Shown here piece by piece: positions 20,791-32,200 of a stretch of 64,000 nucleotides of DNA. The notes under the pieces are model-generated. The model did no database searches and was not told the DNA's origin. It was given only the letters and a program-made list of their open reading frames with translations. The stretch's first letter is position 1. Each line of letters begins with the position of its first letter. The position numbers were made by a program, and so were the translations under genes. This DNA is from Naegleria gruberi (taxonomy: Eukaryota). The stretch lies in assembly GCA_000004985.1 (NCBI GenBank), contig GG738887.1; one strand, written 5' to 3'.

Positions 20791-21216
20791 ATGTCCACTG
20801 AATCAATAATGAACAATTCGTCTCCATCAATGAATAATAGCGCTTGTGGTGGTACAGGAAGACTCAGATCAAGAACCTTCTCTCATAGACCATCACTAGT
20901 ATTTGCTAACAACATTAATCAAACAACAAACAGCAACAACACTGCTTCTTTGAATATTAGAGAAAATAACAACAATGGCTCACCTCTCTCATCAGAATCA
21001 ATTAGAAAAAGAAGTAAGAGCGCAATAGGGGTTGGAGGACTCTATGCACAACTCACACTGAGCTCACACTTCCTTTTAGATAAATACGAAGAAGATTTGA
21101 GTGATAAACTGAATAAGATTGAATCTAGCAATTTGTCCATCAAGAATTTGTTCAATCACAAGCGAAGATTATCAGCTTACTCTAATCAAAGACCAACAAT
21201 AGAAATTACAATGTAA
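20791..21216 (+). CDS. Hypothetical small Ser/Asn-rich protein, or possibly a 5' exon of the downstream helicase gene
   Basis: ORF with an ATG start. Low complexity. Ends 150 bp before the helicase ATG. Confidence 0.3.
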   Translation: MSTESIMNNSSPSMNNSACGGTGRLRSRTFSHRPSLVFANNINQTTNSNNTASLNIRENNNNGSPLSSESIRKRSKSAIGVGGLYAQLTLSSHFLLDKYEEDLSDKLNKIESSNLSIKNLFNHKRRLSAYSNQRPTIEITM

Positions 21217-21365
21217 TCCAATACAACCAAAACATATAGCCACGCGAGTCAATCCATTAAAAATTAATCTTTGTACAAAACAAACTACAAGTATCAAATC
21301 CTCAATTTCCTCATTTTGCAAGAATTCAAAATAAATAAAAATTTAAAAAAAATTGAAAGAGTTTG

Positions 21366-24315
21366 ATGCTTCCTTCATCATCCACAAATCAACGCGGAAG
21401 AAACTCTGATGATCATCGGAATATGAAAGGAGGAGGCTCATCAGCAACCTCATCAAATACTAGTAATAATAATGCGTCTGTCTGCAAATTAAAGTTTAAA
21501 AAACCTAATGCTAATCCTTCTTCATCATCATTGGAAAAATCAAACTCTTCTGTACATGTAAATATGGATGATTTATTGAAGAAATTAAACGAGGAACAAC
21601 GAAGAGCTGTTTGTTCCAATAATGATCAAGTGATTGTTATGGCTGGTCCAGGAACAGGTTTGTTTTTATTGGATATTGTTGTGATTTTTAAAATTCGAAA
21701 GGAAAAACCTCGGTTATTACCTATAGGTAGGTGACAATAATTAGTTTGGAATTTTAATAGTATTTGTTTCGGATAGGATCTTTTATCTTGTACATCAATT
21801 GAAAATTAATCCAAAGAATATTTGTGCATTGACCTTCTCAAGACAAGCAGTATGTTTATGATATTTAGTGATAATTTATATTTCCAATATATTCAGGCAA
21901 AGGAAATGAAGCAAAGATCTATGGCTTTGGATGATAATTTAAAGAATGTGACATTTTCTACATTCCATGCCAAAGGTTTATCATTGTTGAAACAGTATAA
22001 ATTAGTGAGGAAATTTAAAATTGCAGACGAAAGGACGATTATGTCAATAATTTCAAGAATATTAGGTAAGTTTTCAAATCATACATTCCATCACATCATT
22101 AGAGGGACTAGAAATTAGTGAGCAATGCACACCAGCAGAAATGAAAGATGCATTAGCTTTTGTTAAGAATGCAGGTATTACACCTGAAACAGTGTCAAAA
22201 TTGAAAAATAAGGACATTAATGTTCCTCTCAGTTTCTTTGTACCATTCTACAAAGAATATGAAGAGACACTCGAAAGAGAAGAAATACTAACACACGAAG
22301 ATTTAATTTTCAAAGTAGTCAAAGCTTTAAAACAAAATCAATCCATCCTTAAAGATGCTTCCCAAAAAATTCAATATCTCCTTGTTGATGAATATCAAGA
22401 CACTAATGATTTGCAATACGAGTTTACAAAATTATTGATACAGCACCATAAGAAAATATTTTGTGTTGGTGATTCGTAAGTAGTAATATTTTACAATATG
22501 ATTGAGATTTGAATTTTTAGAAAGCAAGCAATTTTTGGTTGGAGATTTTCTAATGTACAGAACTTTGTAAATTTAACGAGTGATTTCCCAAATGCAGAAA
22601 CAATTATTCTAAAACAAAACTATAGAAGTACTAGTAATATTTTGGATGCCAGTTTTGACATGTTGTTGAACGCAAAGGATGAAAAACCAAGTGGTGAAAA
22701 GAAAGATATCAAATCAATTATTTTGGACGATTCAAAGTCCAGATTGCTTTCTCAGAAGGGTAGTGGCGCTACTGTTACTCTAAAAGAATTTCTCACTCAC
22801 ACAGAGCAGCTAAATTTTGTTGTGGAGAGTATCAAAAATCATGTAGAAAAGAATGGAGGAAGATATGGCGATTTTGCAATTCTTGCTCGTGTAAATAATT
22901 TACTTCGACCCTATGAAGCTGAATTTGAGAAACACAAAATACCTTGTGAGTCCAATAAGAGTGGATTTACCAATGCAGCTTGGGTTCAAGTCATGTTGAG
23001 CTACTTGGAGACTATTGACTCCATTTCTAGGAATAGCGTGAATGGAACAGCCTTCAGAAAGATTGTAAATATACCAGATAGACGAATTTTCACCGAGACT
23101 GGTACTGCTGTTGTTGATTGCCTCATGAATGGAATTAAACTTGCTGACCTTATAACAATGATAGAAAAGAAACAAAGAATTATGAACTTGAAGATTGGAA
23201 AACAGATAACATTTTTAATTTCTATGGATAGAGAGGAGCATGCCTCAGTGTTGGGATTATTGAGACAAATACAAGAAATGTCAAATTTAATTAATGGAAA
23301 TACTGGCTGTATAAAAGCAGTAATTCAATACATTACAGAATTTGTAGGTTTTGAGGAATATATGAGAGTGCACTACAAACCTTTTGAGAAATGTTGGAAA
23401 GATATTGAAGAACTAATGACAATGTCTGAAAAATCAGATAATTTACAAACCTATTTACAAGAAGTGAACATGATAGAGGAAGGATCAAGAACAGGGGCTG
23501 GGGTTGCCTTGATGACAATGCACTCTTCGAAAGGTCTAGAATTTGAACATGTATTTCTTACAGATTTAATTGATGGAGTTTCTCCGCACTATAAATCAAA
23601 AGGATCTTCAAGGGAAGAGGATGAGGAAAAGAGACTACTATTCGTTGCCATGACAAGAGCCAGATCCAAGATGTATCTCATGACCACTAAGACAAAACAA
23701 AATAATGAGATGATTGAACTAGTGGAACCAACACCTTGGTTAAAGACTCTTCGATTTAAACAATATGTTGACTACCAACCAATTCCAAGAAAGGTAGATA
23801 GAGAAATAGAAGAAGCTGCTGATATAGCAATCTTTTTGAAAAAACATTTGGAATCTATAGCTCCCAAACCTAGTGCCATTGCTAAAGTGGAAGAGGACTT
23901 CAATCTGGAAGATATTGACATTTCTCAAAATCAAACAAGTTCCTCCTCTTCTACAGCACCAATGTTCATGTCTGCTACGAGCTATATGGAAAGTGATATG
24001 TATGAGAATGATGAATTTAAACTGATTGAGGAGGATGAAGAGGAGGTGATATCAAAACCAATTGTTGTGACACCTTCAGTTAAACCAATTATTCAAACTA
24101 AAGATACACAAAGCAAGGCAACAGAGGATGTGTTCGAGTTAGAGGAAGACTCTAATGATGAGTTGGATATTGATTTGGATGATATTATGGATTCCCAAAT
24201 CAATCAAGATGTTGTTGCAAAGACTGACTCGCAACAAATAGAAATATTTGAGGATGAGTTTCAATTTATTGATGAAGAGTCATTTGAAAGTGACAACAAA
24301 AAGCGAAAATTATAG
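21366..24315 (+). CDS. UvrD/Srs2-family ATP-dependent DNA helicase, 6 exons (21366-21657, 21702-21726, 21777-21849, 21897-22065, 22103-22475, 22521-24315)
   Basis: The spliced protein carries motif I AGPGTG|GKTSVITYR (split by a 44-nt intron), motif Ia ICALTFSRQA|AKEM, TFHAKG, motif II LLVDEYQDTN, motif III GDS|KQAIFGWR, motif IV NYRS, motif V TMHSSKGLEFEHVFL and motif VI RLLFVAMTRAR. Donors are GTTTGT, GTAGGT, GTATGT and two GTAAGT. Frames agree with the ORF-track frames. Confidence 0.8.
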
Positions 24316-24419
24316 TCACATTCGTTTCATGTAAATTGATATTTCTATGATTTGAATATTCAAACCATCTGTAATCCTTTCTTCTCCTATTTTGGTGTAA
24401 AATATTCCAATGCACTCAC

Positions 24420-25703
24420 TTAATAAACTTGGAGTCCTCTCTCTTCGAAGAAATCTAAAATTGATGCCACACTTGTGCATTCTGAAAACTCTATAACATC
24501 TGCAGATAAAAATTGATGGTGAGAATAGAGCATAAACATAATATGATGTTGTAAAATATGGAACGGAACTCCTCCTATTTGAATAGCTATTTGTAAATAT
24601 CTTTGAATACACTCAAAAGGTACATAATCATATCCACTGAATAATGCTGGATTAGATAATAATCCACGAGCACTCATTACACCATCACATCCTGTCTCTT
24701 TAGCAAAACGATCTGAATCTCCCAAAGTAAAAATATCACCATTATGCATTACTGGTACGTTTAGGATTTGTTTGATTGTTTTAGGTCCATCTGGATTGAC
24801 TTTGGTATTCTTTGTTCTTTGTTTATGTGTTCTTCCGTGTACAGTAACCCAAGATGCTCCAGCCATTTCAATTTGTCTTGCAAGCTCTATTGTTTTTCTA
24901 AATTCAAGTGTATCATCCTCAGGATGCAATCTTATTTTCACACCAATTGGTCTACTCATTCCAGAAATGAATTTGTTATTGGCCTCATGAACCATATCAA
25001 AAATCTTTTGAGGTTTAGTCACCAAAGCAGCTCCCAAACTTTCTTTCATCACATAAGGTTGTGGGCATCCACAATTCAAATCAATTCCATCACAATAAGG
25101 TGCTGCCAATTGACAAGCTAAACTAAAATCAGTAGGATTATTAGCAGCAAATTGAACCACAAGAGGGCTATCATAATAATGTGTTGTAAAATCCGAATCC
25201 CTGGCTTTTTGTGATTTATGAAAACAATCCGACATTATCATTGGTGTATAAACAACATCACATCCATACTCTCTACACAACAATCGAAAGGCTAATTTAC
25301 TATAACGAACCATTGGTGCTTGTACTTTTAAATAGGTTCCCTTCTCCTTAGCCTCCTTGAACATATTCATCAACGAATGTCGTGGTTTTAATTCATCAAT
25401 ACTAAAGCCTTCCGGTAAATTTTCTCCAACTCTTAATATATTATTATTAATATTATTATTATTATTATTACTATCATCATCATTTAAATTATTCTTATTA
25501 ATAAAAGTATAGTTATTATTAAAATTGGTTGGAAGATGAACACAATTAGTTTCATTAACTAATGATGAAGGTCCTTCGGAATAATCAAAATCGTTTCTGT
25601 CTAATTGGAAAGCACCCAAATCGATGCGGAGGGCGTTATTATGACAGAATTGTGTCTCGGAAATGAATGAATTTTCGTCATCCTGTGTTGGTTGTTGAAG
25701 CAT
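24420..25703 (-). CDS. tRNA-dihydrouridine synthase (Dus family)
   Basis: APMVRYSKLAFRLLCREYGCDVVYTPMI...IDLNCGCPQ...VTVHGRT... are conserved Dus/FMN-binding motifs. There is an Asn-rich N-terminal extension. Confidence 0.85.
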   Translation of the reverse strand: MLQQPTQDDENSFISETQFCHNNALRIDLGAFQLDRNDFDYSEGPSSLVNETNCVHLPTNFNNNYTFINKNNLNDDDSNNNNNNINNNILRVGENLPEGFSIDELKPRHSLMNMFKEAKEKGTYLKVQAPMVRYSKLAFRLLCREYGCDVVYTPMIMSDCFHKSQKARDSDFTTHYYDSPLVVQFAANNPTDFSLACQLAAPYCDGIDLNCGCPQPYVMKESLGAALVTKPQKIFDMVHEANNKFISGMSRPIGVKIRLHPEDDTLEFRKTIELARQIEMAGASWVTVHGRTHKQRTKNTKVNPDGPKTIKQILNVPVMHNGDIFTLGDSDRFAKETGCDGVMSARGLLSNPALFSGYDYVPFECIQRYLQIAIQIGGVPFHILQHHIMFMLYSHHQFLSADVIEFSECTSVASILDFFEERGLQVY

Positions 25704-25776
25704 TTTTTTTTGTGCATGAATGGAATTGCACGCCGTTACAACATTTATTTAATTTAAAAAATATTTAAAAATATTT

Positions 25777-27711
25777 ATGAAACGAATAAAACAAAAGGAC
25801 AAGAAGAGAAAGTTTCTTGATCACTTCGCTTCCAATCATATCCAACCAAGTAAATATCTACTAATCAGTCCAGGTGATGATGAAAATATTAGCAAGGCAC
25901 TTCCGAAGCCTTCAATTGATGATGAAGAAGAAATTCATCATTTTCCAATAGAGCAATATACTGCTCAGCACACCCATCACGGGAGATCATTACTAGATAT
26001 TGGTTCCGATTGTCTCTTGGAAATTATCAAATTTCTCGAATTAGATAATAATTATTCTTCATATATGAGAGTTTGCAAAAGTTTCTCCAGATTGCTAATT
26101 CCCCTCTTTTTGAATCAAACACGTATAATTTATGAAACCAAGGAACATTTGAAGAGTTTGAGAGAGCACATCATTGATAATGACTATAATAATGATGATG
26201 GTAGAGATGGATTGTTTTCTGAATGTGCCACTTGGAAAGTTTCATTGTGTCGTAATGATGATGATGAGGATGAACAGTGGTCTGAGGTTGGAAATGAAGA
26301 TGAGGAACAGTGGTCTGATGATGAGGATGTTTTGGAGGTTAATGATTGTACTTTTCAGAGGAAATTAATACCCTTTGGAAGTCCTTTGTGTAGGGAAACT
26401 ATTAAGGATCAGTTTTGGCTAGTTCAGGATAAGATTGACTTGCAGAGTTATAAGAAACTTGTGGAAAAGGAGCTTAAACTTAACGAGAAGGAACAAGGAC
26501 TGTATGAAATTAATCCATTTGTGTTTCAGGAAAAGATTGATAGAGAGAAAGGAATGATAGAGTCGTATATTAATGATGTTCAAGAATCTATCCATGTTGA
26601 TTGTGGAAATCCTATTTGGCTATCTTATGATGATCCAATATTTACAGATGATGAGAGATTTAACATTTGTCAAATAGAATATCAGCACATTGCCTTTCAT
26701 GCATTGAGAAGTGGTATTTCAAGATTGTCTAAACAAGGAGGTGTATTGCTTTACGAACCAGCTATAATGGAGGATATGTTCTATCAATTGAAAAAGTTTA
26801 TATATTTGATTATTAAGGATGCTTACGAAACTAAATTTCCCAACAAGACAGAAGAATTGCAGTTTGAAGAATCTCTGGAGCAGTACTCTAGGTATTGTAT
26901 AGATCCCAACGACAAAAGTCTTCCTTGTTTTGATGATAATTTGGATACGGATAAGAAATTAAGCGAAAATGATATAATCGCTTCATTTAAGAAAATGACA
27001 GGTAAATCATTTTTATTTGGAAAGGAAAACGATCCCTATGACTTGAATGAATATCAAGTTACTAAGCCAGAAGAGCAAGAGCAAAATATTGTCGCTGAGG
27101 ATGATTCTACAAGTGATTATTCGAGTGAGGATGATTCTGAAGAGGAGCAAGTTAATTCAGATTTTGAAATTTTACAATTTCCAAAACCAATAGATGCGGA
27201 AAACTTTATCGATGATTCCAATATTTTCAATTTTGACTTGGAAAATCTTGGAGATTCACTTCCTGAACTGTTAATGAAAGTTTCCATTCGTGTTCATGAA
27301 GAAGTTTATGGAAAGGAGAGAGCTCACATAGAAAAGTTATACTTGCAGAATTGGTATGGAAATGGTGATTTGTTTTTTATGAACTGTTCAAAGCAATTGG
27401 ATAATCCACAACCTATTGTAGAAGAATCTCAACCTGAGGAATTAGAAAGTATTGATAATTCTGAAATAGTGGATTCTTCGTTGTACATAGCTGAGAATAA
27501 GCAAATTGAAATTGACAAGAAAGAGGACTTGGAGTATTTTGGATATTCTCTTTATGAAGATGACTTTGAAGAATTACCAATTCTGGAGGATGAAGATTCG
27601 GATTTGGAATTACAACAATCTACAGAGGAGGAATCTCTTCGATATCAATTAAGAAGAATGCTTAGAGAGCAATCATACGAGTGTATTGTCAATTATTTCG
27701 AGAAGAGGTAA
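25777..27711 (+). CDS. Hypothetical acidic protein with an N-terminal F-box-like motif, 644 aa
   Basis: LLDIGSDCLLEIIKFLELDNNYSSYMRVCKSFSRLL is F-box-like. It is followed by a long D/E-rich region. Confidence 0.55.
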   Translation: MKRIKQKDKKRKFLDHFASNHIQPSKYLLISPGDDENISKALPKPSIDDEEEIHHFPIEQYTAQHTHHGRSLLDIGSDCLLEIIKFLELDNNYSSYMRVCKSFSRLLIPLFLNQTRIIYETKEHLKSLREHIIDNDYNNDDGRDGLFSECATWKVSLCRNDDDEDEQWSEVGNEDEEQWSDDEDVLEVNDCTFQRKLIPFGSPLCRETIKDQFWLVQDKIDLQSYKKLVEKELKLNEKEQGLYEINPFVFQEKIDREKGMIESYINDVQESIHVDCGNPIWLSYDDPIFTDDERFNICQIEYQHIAFHALRSGISRLSKQGGVLLYEPAIMEDMFYQLKKFIYLIIKDAYETKFPNKTEELQFEESLEQYSRYCIDPNDKSLPCFDDNLDTDKKLSENDIIASFKKMTGKSFLFGKENDPYDLNEYQVTKPEEQEQNIVAEDDSTSDYSSEDDSEEEQVNSDFEILQFPKPIDAENFIDDSNIFNFDLENLGDSLPELLMKVSIRVHEEVYGKERAHIEKLYLQNWYGNGDLFFMNCSKQLDNPQPIVEESQPEELESIDNSEIVDSSLYIAENKQIEIDKKEDLEYFGYSLYEDDFEELPILEDEDSDLELQQSTEEESLRYQLRRMLREQSYECIVNYFEKR

Positions 27712-27773
27712 AAAATTGTTACCACTTTCGAATAATTATTTAATGCAAATTAAAATAATAATTACGTAAAAAA

Positions 27774-28973
27774 ATGAAACGATCTCATCACGAAAAAACG
27801 AATTCGGAAGATGATGATCAACCGGAAGAAGTCAACAACAGTAAAAAACAAGCTATTGATCAAAACTCGGATTCGTATTATAGTATTGGTATGAAATATT
27901 TGGATGGAGTCGAAGTTGAAAAAGATGAAGTCAAAGCCTTTGAATGGTTTATGAAAGGAGCTGAACAAGGATGTATTGAATCACAGAATAGAGTTGGTTT
28001 GCTTTATCATAAAGGAATGGGAGTTCAAAAAGATTATTCTAAATCATTTGAATGGTATTCGAAAGCTGCAGAAAAGGGGGATGCCAAAGCACAGTTCAAT
28101 ATTGGAGCATTGTATAAGAATGGCCAAGGTGTGAAAAAGAATTATTCCAAAGCCGAGGAGTGGTTTCTAAAGGCTGCTGAAAAGGGAAATGAATCTGCAC
28201 ATCGAAATCTACCACCACTATATTACAAAATGAAAGATTATTCAAAATCATTTGAATGGTATTTAAAACTTGCTGAAAAAGGAGATGCCAAAGCTCAATA
28301 CAGTATTGGAAAAGCATACAAAAAAGGTGAAGGAATTGAGAAAGATTATTCAAAGGCCTTTGAATGGTTTTTAAAATCAGCTGAAATTGGAAATGCAGAT
28401 GCACAATTTAATGTTGGAAATGCCTACAAGAAAGGTGAAGGAATTGAAAAAGATATTGTTAAATCGTATGAATGGTTTTTGAAGGCAGCTGAAAATGGTA
28501 ATAGACTAGCACAATGCTGTACTGCAAAACGGTATTTTATTGGAGAAGGAGTAGAAAAAGATAGTTCCAAAGCATTTGAATGGTTTTTGAAAGCTGCAGA
28601 AAATGGTGAAACAGAAGCACAATTTACTGTTGGATCAATGTTTTACAATGGTGAAGGAATCGAAAAAGATATTTCTAAGGCATTCGAATGGTATGTAAAA
28701 GCTGCTGAAAAGGGCCAAATAGAGGCACAATTTTATGTCGGATTAGCATATCATGATGGTGATGGAACAGACCAAGATTATTCGAAATCATTTGAATGGT
28801 TTTTAAAAGCTGCCGAAAGTGGCTATACAGAGGCACAATATTTTGTTGGATTGGCATATGAGCTTGGTACAGGAGTTGAGAAAGATAGTTCTAAAGCATT
28901 TGAATGGTATTTAAAAGCAGCTACAAACGGAAATGAAAAGGCGCAAAATAATATCAATTCATTTTCATTTTAA
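27774..28973 (+). CDS. Sel1-like repeat (SLR/HCP-like) protein
   Basis: At least 9 tandem repeats of A(F/E)EW(F/Y)(L/M)KAAE(K/N)G...AQ...G..Y..G.GV.KD..K. Confidence 0.85.
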   Translation: MKRSHHEKTNSEDDDQPEEVNNSKKQAIDQNSDSYYSIGMKYLDGVEVEKDEVKAFEWFMKGAEQGCIESQNRVGLLYHKGMGVQKDYSKSFEWYSKAAEKGDAKAQFNIGALYKNGQGVKKNYSKAEEWFLKAAEKGNESAHRNLPPLYYKMKDYSKSFEWYLKLAEKGDAKAQYSIGKAYKKGEGIEKDYSKAFEWFLKSAEIGNADAQFNVGNAYKKGEGIEKDIVKSYEWFLKAAENGNRLAQCCTAKRYFIGEGVEKDSSKAFEWFLKAAENGETEAQFTVGSMFYNGEGIEKDISKAFEWYVKAAEKGQIEAQFYVGLAYHDGDGTDQDYSKSFEWFLKAAESGYTEAQYFVGLAYELGTGVEKDSSKAFEWYLKAATNGNEKAQNNINSFSF

Positions 28974-29258
28974 TTACTCTTTCATAAATGAGAAAGACGT
29001 AGTAATATTAGTTTGGTTGATGTTAAGGATACGTGCTTAATAGAACTTATATTTGTTTTAAAGATCTAGTATGATTCTCTAACTGTAACCAATTACAACT
29101 AATTGATTTGGGTTCTAATGTTCATATGAGATGGAGATAAATGAGTGATTGTTGACATTAAGGAAAAATTGTTAAATTAGAGGAGCGACTTGACTCGGAC
29201 ATTTTAGGAAGCGAACAATGGATGAGAAGTGAGGAGTCCTTCACACCATCAAAAAAAA

Positions 29259-32200
29259 ATGTGTCGATTTGACAAGTGGCATTTAGTAATTCTTCTTCTT
29301 CTTGTACTTGTATTTTCAGTCCACTGCTTTCAACCAAGCTATAATCTCTCCAAAGTAGCAGGTGGAGGATCAATAATTGGTGATGGCCTTGTCAGTAGTC
29401 AAGTATTACTGTCATCACCTTCAGGGATAATTGTTTCAAACTCTGAAATAATATTCTGTGATACTAACAATCACAGAATACGTAAAATAGACACCAATGG
29501 TGTTGTTTCGACAATTGCAGGTACCGGCAATGCAGGATATTCAGGTTAGTTTCGTGTGATTTCGCTTGGATTCTCAAACGCAAATTTATTGATCAAATTA
29601 GGAGATGGAGCTAATGCATTATTTGCACAGCTAAACTCACCACAAGGAATTGGATTACTTTCGGGTGGTGCAATTATTGTTTCAGATACATTAAATCACC
29701 GTATTCGAAAGATTGAAAATGGGATCATTTCAACAATTGCAGGAACTGGATCACCAGGTTATACAGGTAAGTATTTAGTTTGCACTTTCTTATTGATCTT
29801 TAATCATTCGTCCTAATCCCAAACATTATTCGAAACTAGCCAGTGGAACTGCCACCAGTGCACTTATCAACACACCACTTGGATTGGCAGTTTACAATAA
29901 TGAAGTTTACTTTGCCGATAGTCTAAATCATGTTATTCGAAAGATCTCCTCAAGTGGTTCCATCAGCAATGAACAAGGAGTTGGCGCCACTTCTGGATCT
30001 CAAACTTTACCATTACAGATGAACACACCAACCGGAGTTGTATTTCAATCGGGAACAATGTACATGGCAGATTCAAAGAATTTGAGAGTTTGTTATCCTG
30101 GATTTTTGGGAATTATTAATTGCATTTCAACAAGTAGTGAACCGATTGGTTTGGGAGTTTATAGTGGAGTTGTGTATGCTGCCTTATTAGGGAATGTCAT
30201 TGTGTCCTTGCAGAGTGGAACTCCAATTGTGGCAGGAACTGGAACGAGTGGATTTTCAGGAGATGGAGGAGTGGCAACATCAGCTCTATTGAATGGGCCT
30301 TCTGCATTGACTTTTGATTCGAGTGGAAATATGCTCATTTCAGATTCTTCCAATAATAGAATTAGAAAAGTTACAAATGGAATCATTTCAACATTGGCTG
30401 GAACCAGTAATAGAAACTTTGGAAATGGAGCGGTGGGAACATTGGTTTCATTATCTTCACCAAATAGTGTTTATTATGCTGGAAATGATGATTCAACAGG
30501 TGGTATTTTGATTGCTGACATGAATAATCATGTTTTGAGAAGATTGAAAGATGGAAGAATTTATAATGTGATTGGAAATGTTGGTATCTCAGGAAGCAAT
30601 AGTGGAAATGGAGTGACTGTCAATGCTGCAACTTTAAATTCACCTCCATTTGTAATGAAGAGATTTGGTGATTTGATTTACTTTTTGGACAGTGGTGGGT
30701 GTGCATTGAGGAGAATTGAATCGAGTGGTGTTTTAAAATTGGTGGTTGGAAGTTGTAATTCTGGAAATCAAGATTATTTCCTTTCCAAATCTTTTGACAT
30801 TTCAAGTGATGGAATTATTTATATTGCCGATTATTACAATCATAGAATTGCCAAGTTTGTGATTGGTGGCACGAGTTTGACCACACTTGCTGGAGGTTCT
30901 CTGAAAGGATTTGCAGGTATGTTCATTTAGAATATCATTTCGAATATTTGTGTGAAAATTATAGATGGAGTTGGATCGAATGCCAATTTAAACTATCCTG
31001 ACAGTATTTCCATTGGCTTAAATAACATGCTCTACTTTTCAGATCGTGACAATCATGCCATCAGATCTGTTTCAACAATTAATGCTTTGGTAACAACTAT
31101 TTCAGGAAGTGGAATTGCAGGTTATACGGGAGATGAAGGTCCAGCTATTTATGCGAAGCTCAATTTACCTGGATCGATTGAAGTGGCTCTAAATGGTGAT
31201 ATCATTTTCATGGACAAGGGAAATCAAAGAATTAGAAAGATTACAAAATATGGAAATATTTTTACTTTATATGGAAATGGTTCGACTAGTGTTTTTAATA
31301 ATGCGAATGGGTTGACACTTGGTGGAAGTGGTGAAATTTACATTGCAGACAGTGGTAATAACCTTATCAAAATGTTATCTTCTGCAAAATGCACAAATGG
31401 AACTTTTTACAATTCTTCATCATTCGAATGTCAATGTCCATCTGGTTACTATGGAGAAACCTGTTTAGAATATGATTGTGCAGGAGTGAACAGCAATTCA
31501 TCTCTGGTTTGCTCTGGAAGAGGTACATGTTTCAAGCCAAACACATGCAACTGCTCTGCACCTTACTTTGGTGGATATTGTGAGCAGTACTATTGTAATG
31601 GAGTGAATGTTTTAAATTCGAGTGTTTGTTCCTCGAATGGTCAATGTACAGCTCCAGATAATTGCACTTGTTCATTTGGAACTTTTGGTTTGAATTGTGA
31701 AAATGCGTATTGTCAAGGAATTGTTTCATGGAACGAAACTGTTTGCAATTCGAGAGGTAAATGCATTGGCTATAATAAGTGCACATGTAATGATGGTTTT
31801 TATGGCAATAATTGTGAATTTTATAATTGTTATGGCATTAAGAACACAGACAGCTCAGTGTGTTCTGGAAATGGAATTTGTTCCAAAATTGACAATTGCA
31901 CTTGTTTGGATGGATATTACGGAAATAATTGTTCTGATTTCAATTGTGTTGGAGAGCTATTCACTTCTGGAAAGAATTTGTGCCAAAATAATGGATCATG
32001 CACTGGACCAGGTGATTGTACATGTTTACCTGAATGGGGTGGAAGTATTTGTCAATATTTCAAGTGTTTCAACAAGACACATGTTGATCCAAAGGTTTGC
32101 TCTGCACATGGTCAATGTATGTCCTTTAATAATTGTTCATGTGATTCGAGATGGTTTGGCAAAGATTGTAGTGTGACCACTTGTTTTGCGAAATTATCAA

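Noticed and set aside
21363-21734. ORF 21363..21734 read straight through (AGPGTGLFLLDIVVIFKIRKEKPRLLPIGR*) as the complete first helicase exon
   Set aside because: Read-through destroys the Walker A GKT and ends in a stop. Splicing a 44-nt intron and a 25-nt micro-exon restores GKTSVITYR and continues into motif Ia.
28096-28857. ORF-track ORFs antisense to the Sel1-repeat gene (28096..28404 and 28675..28857, both minus strand)
   Set aside because: They lie entirely inside a strongly supported plus-strand CDS. Their translations are low-complexity His/Gln/Leu-rich, typical of antisense frames of repetitive coding DNA.
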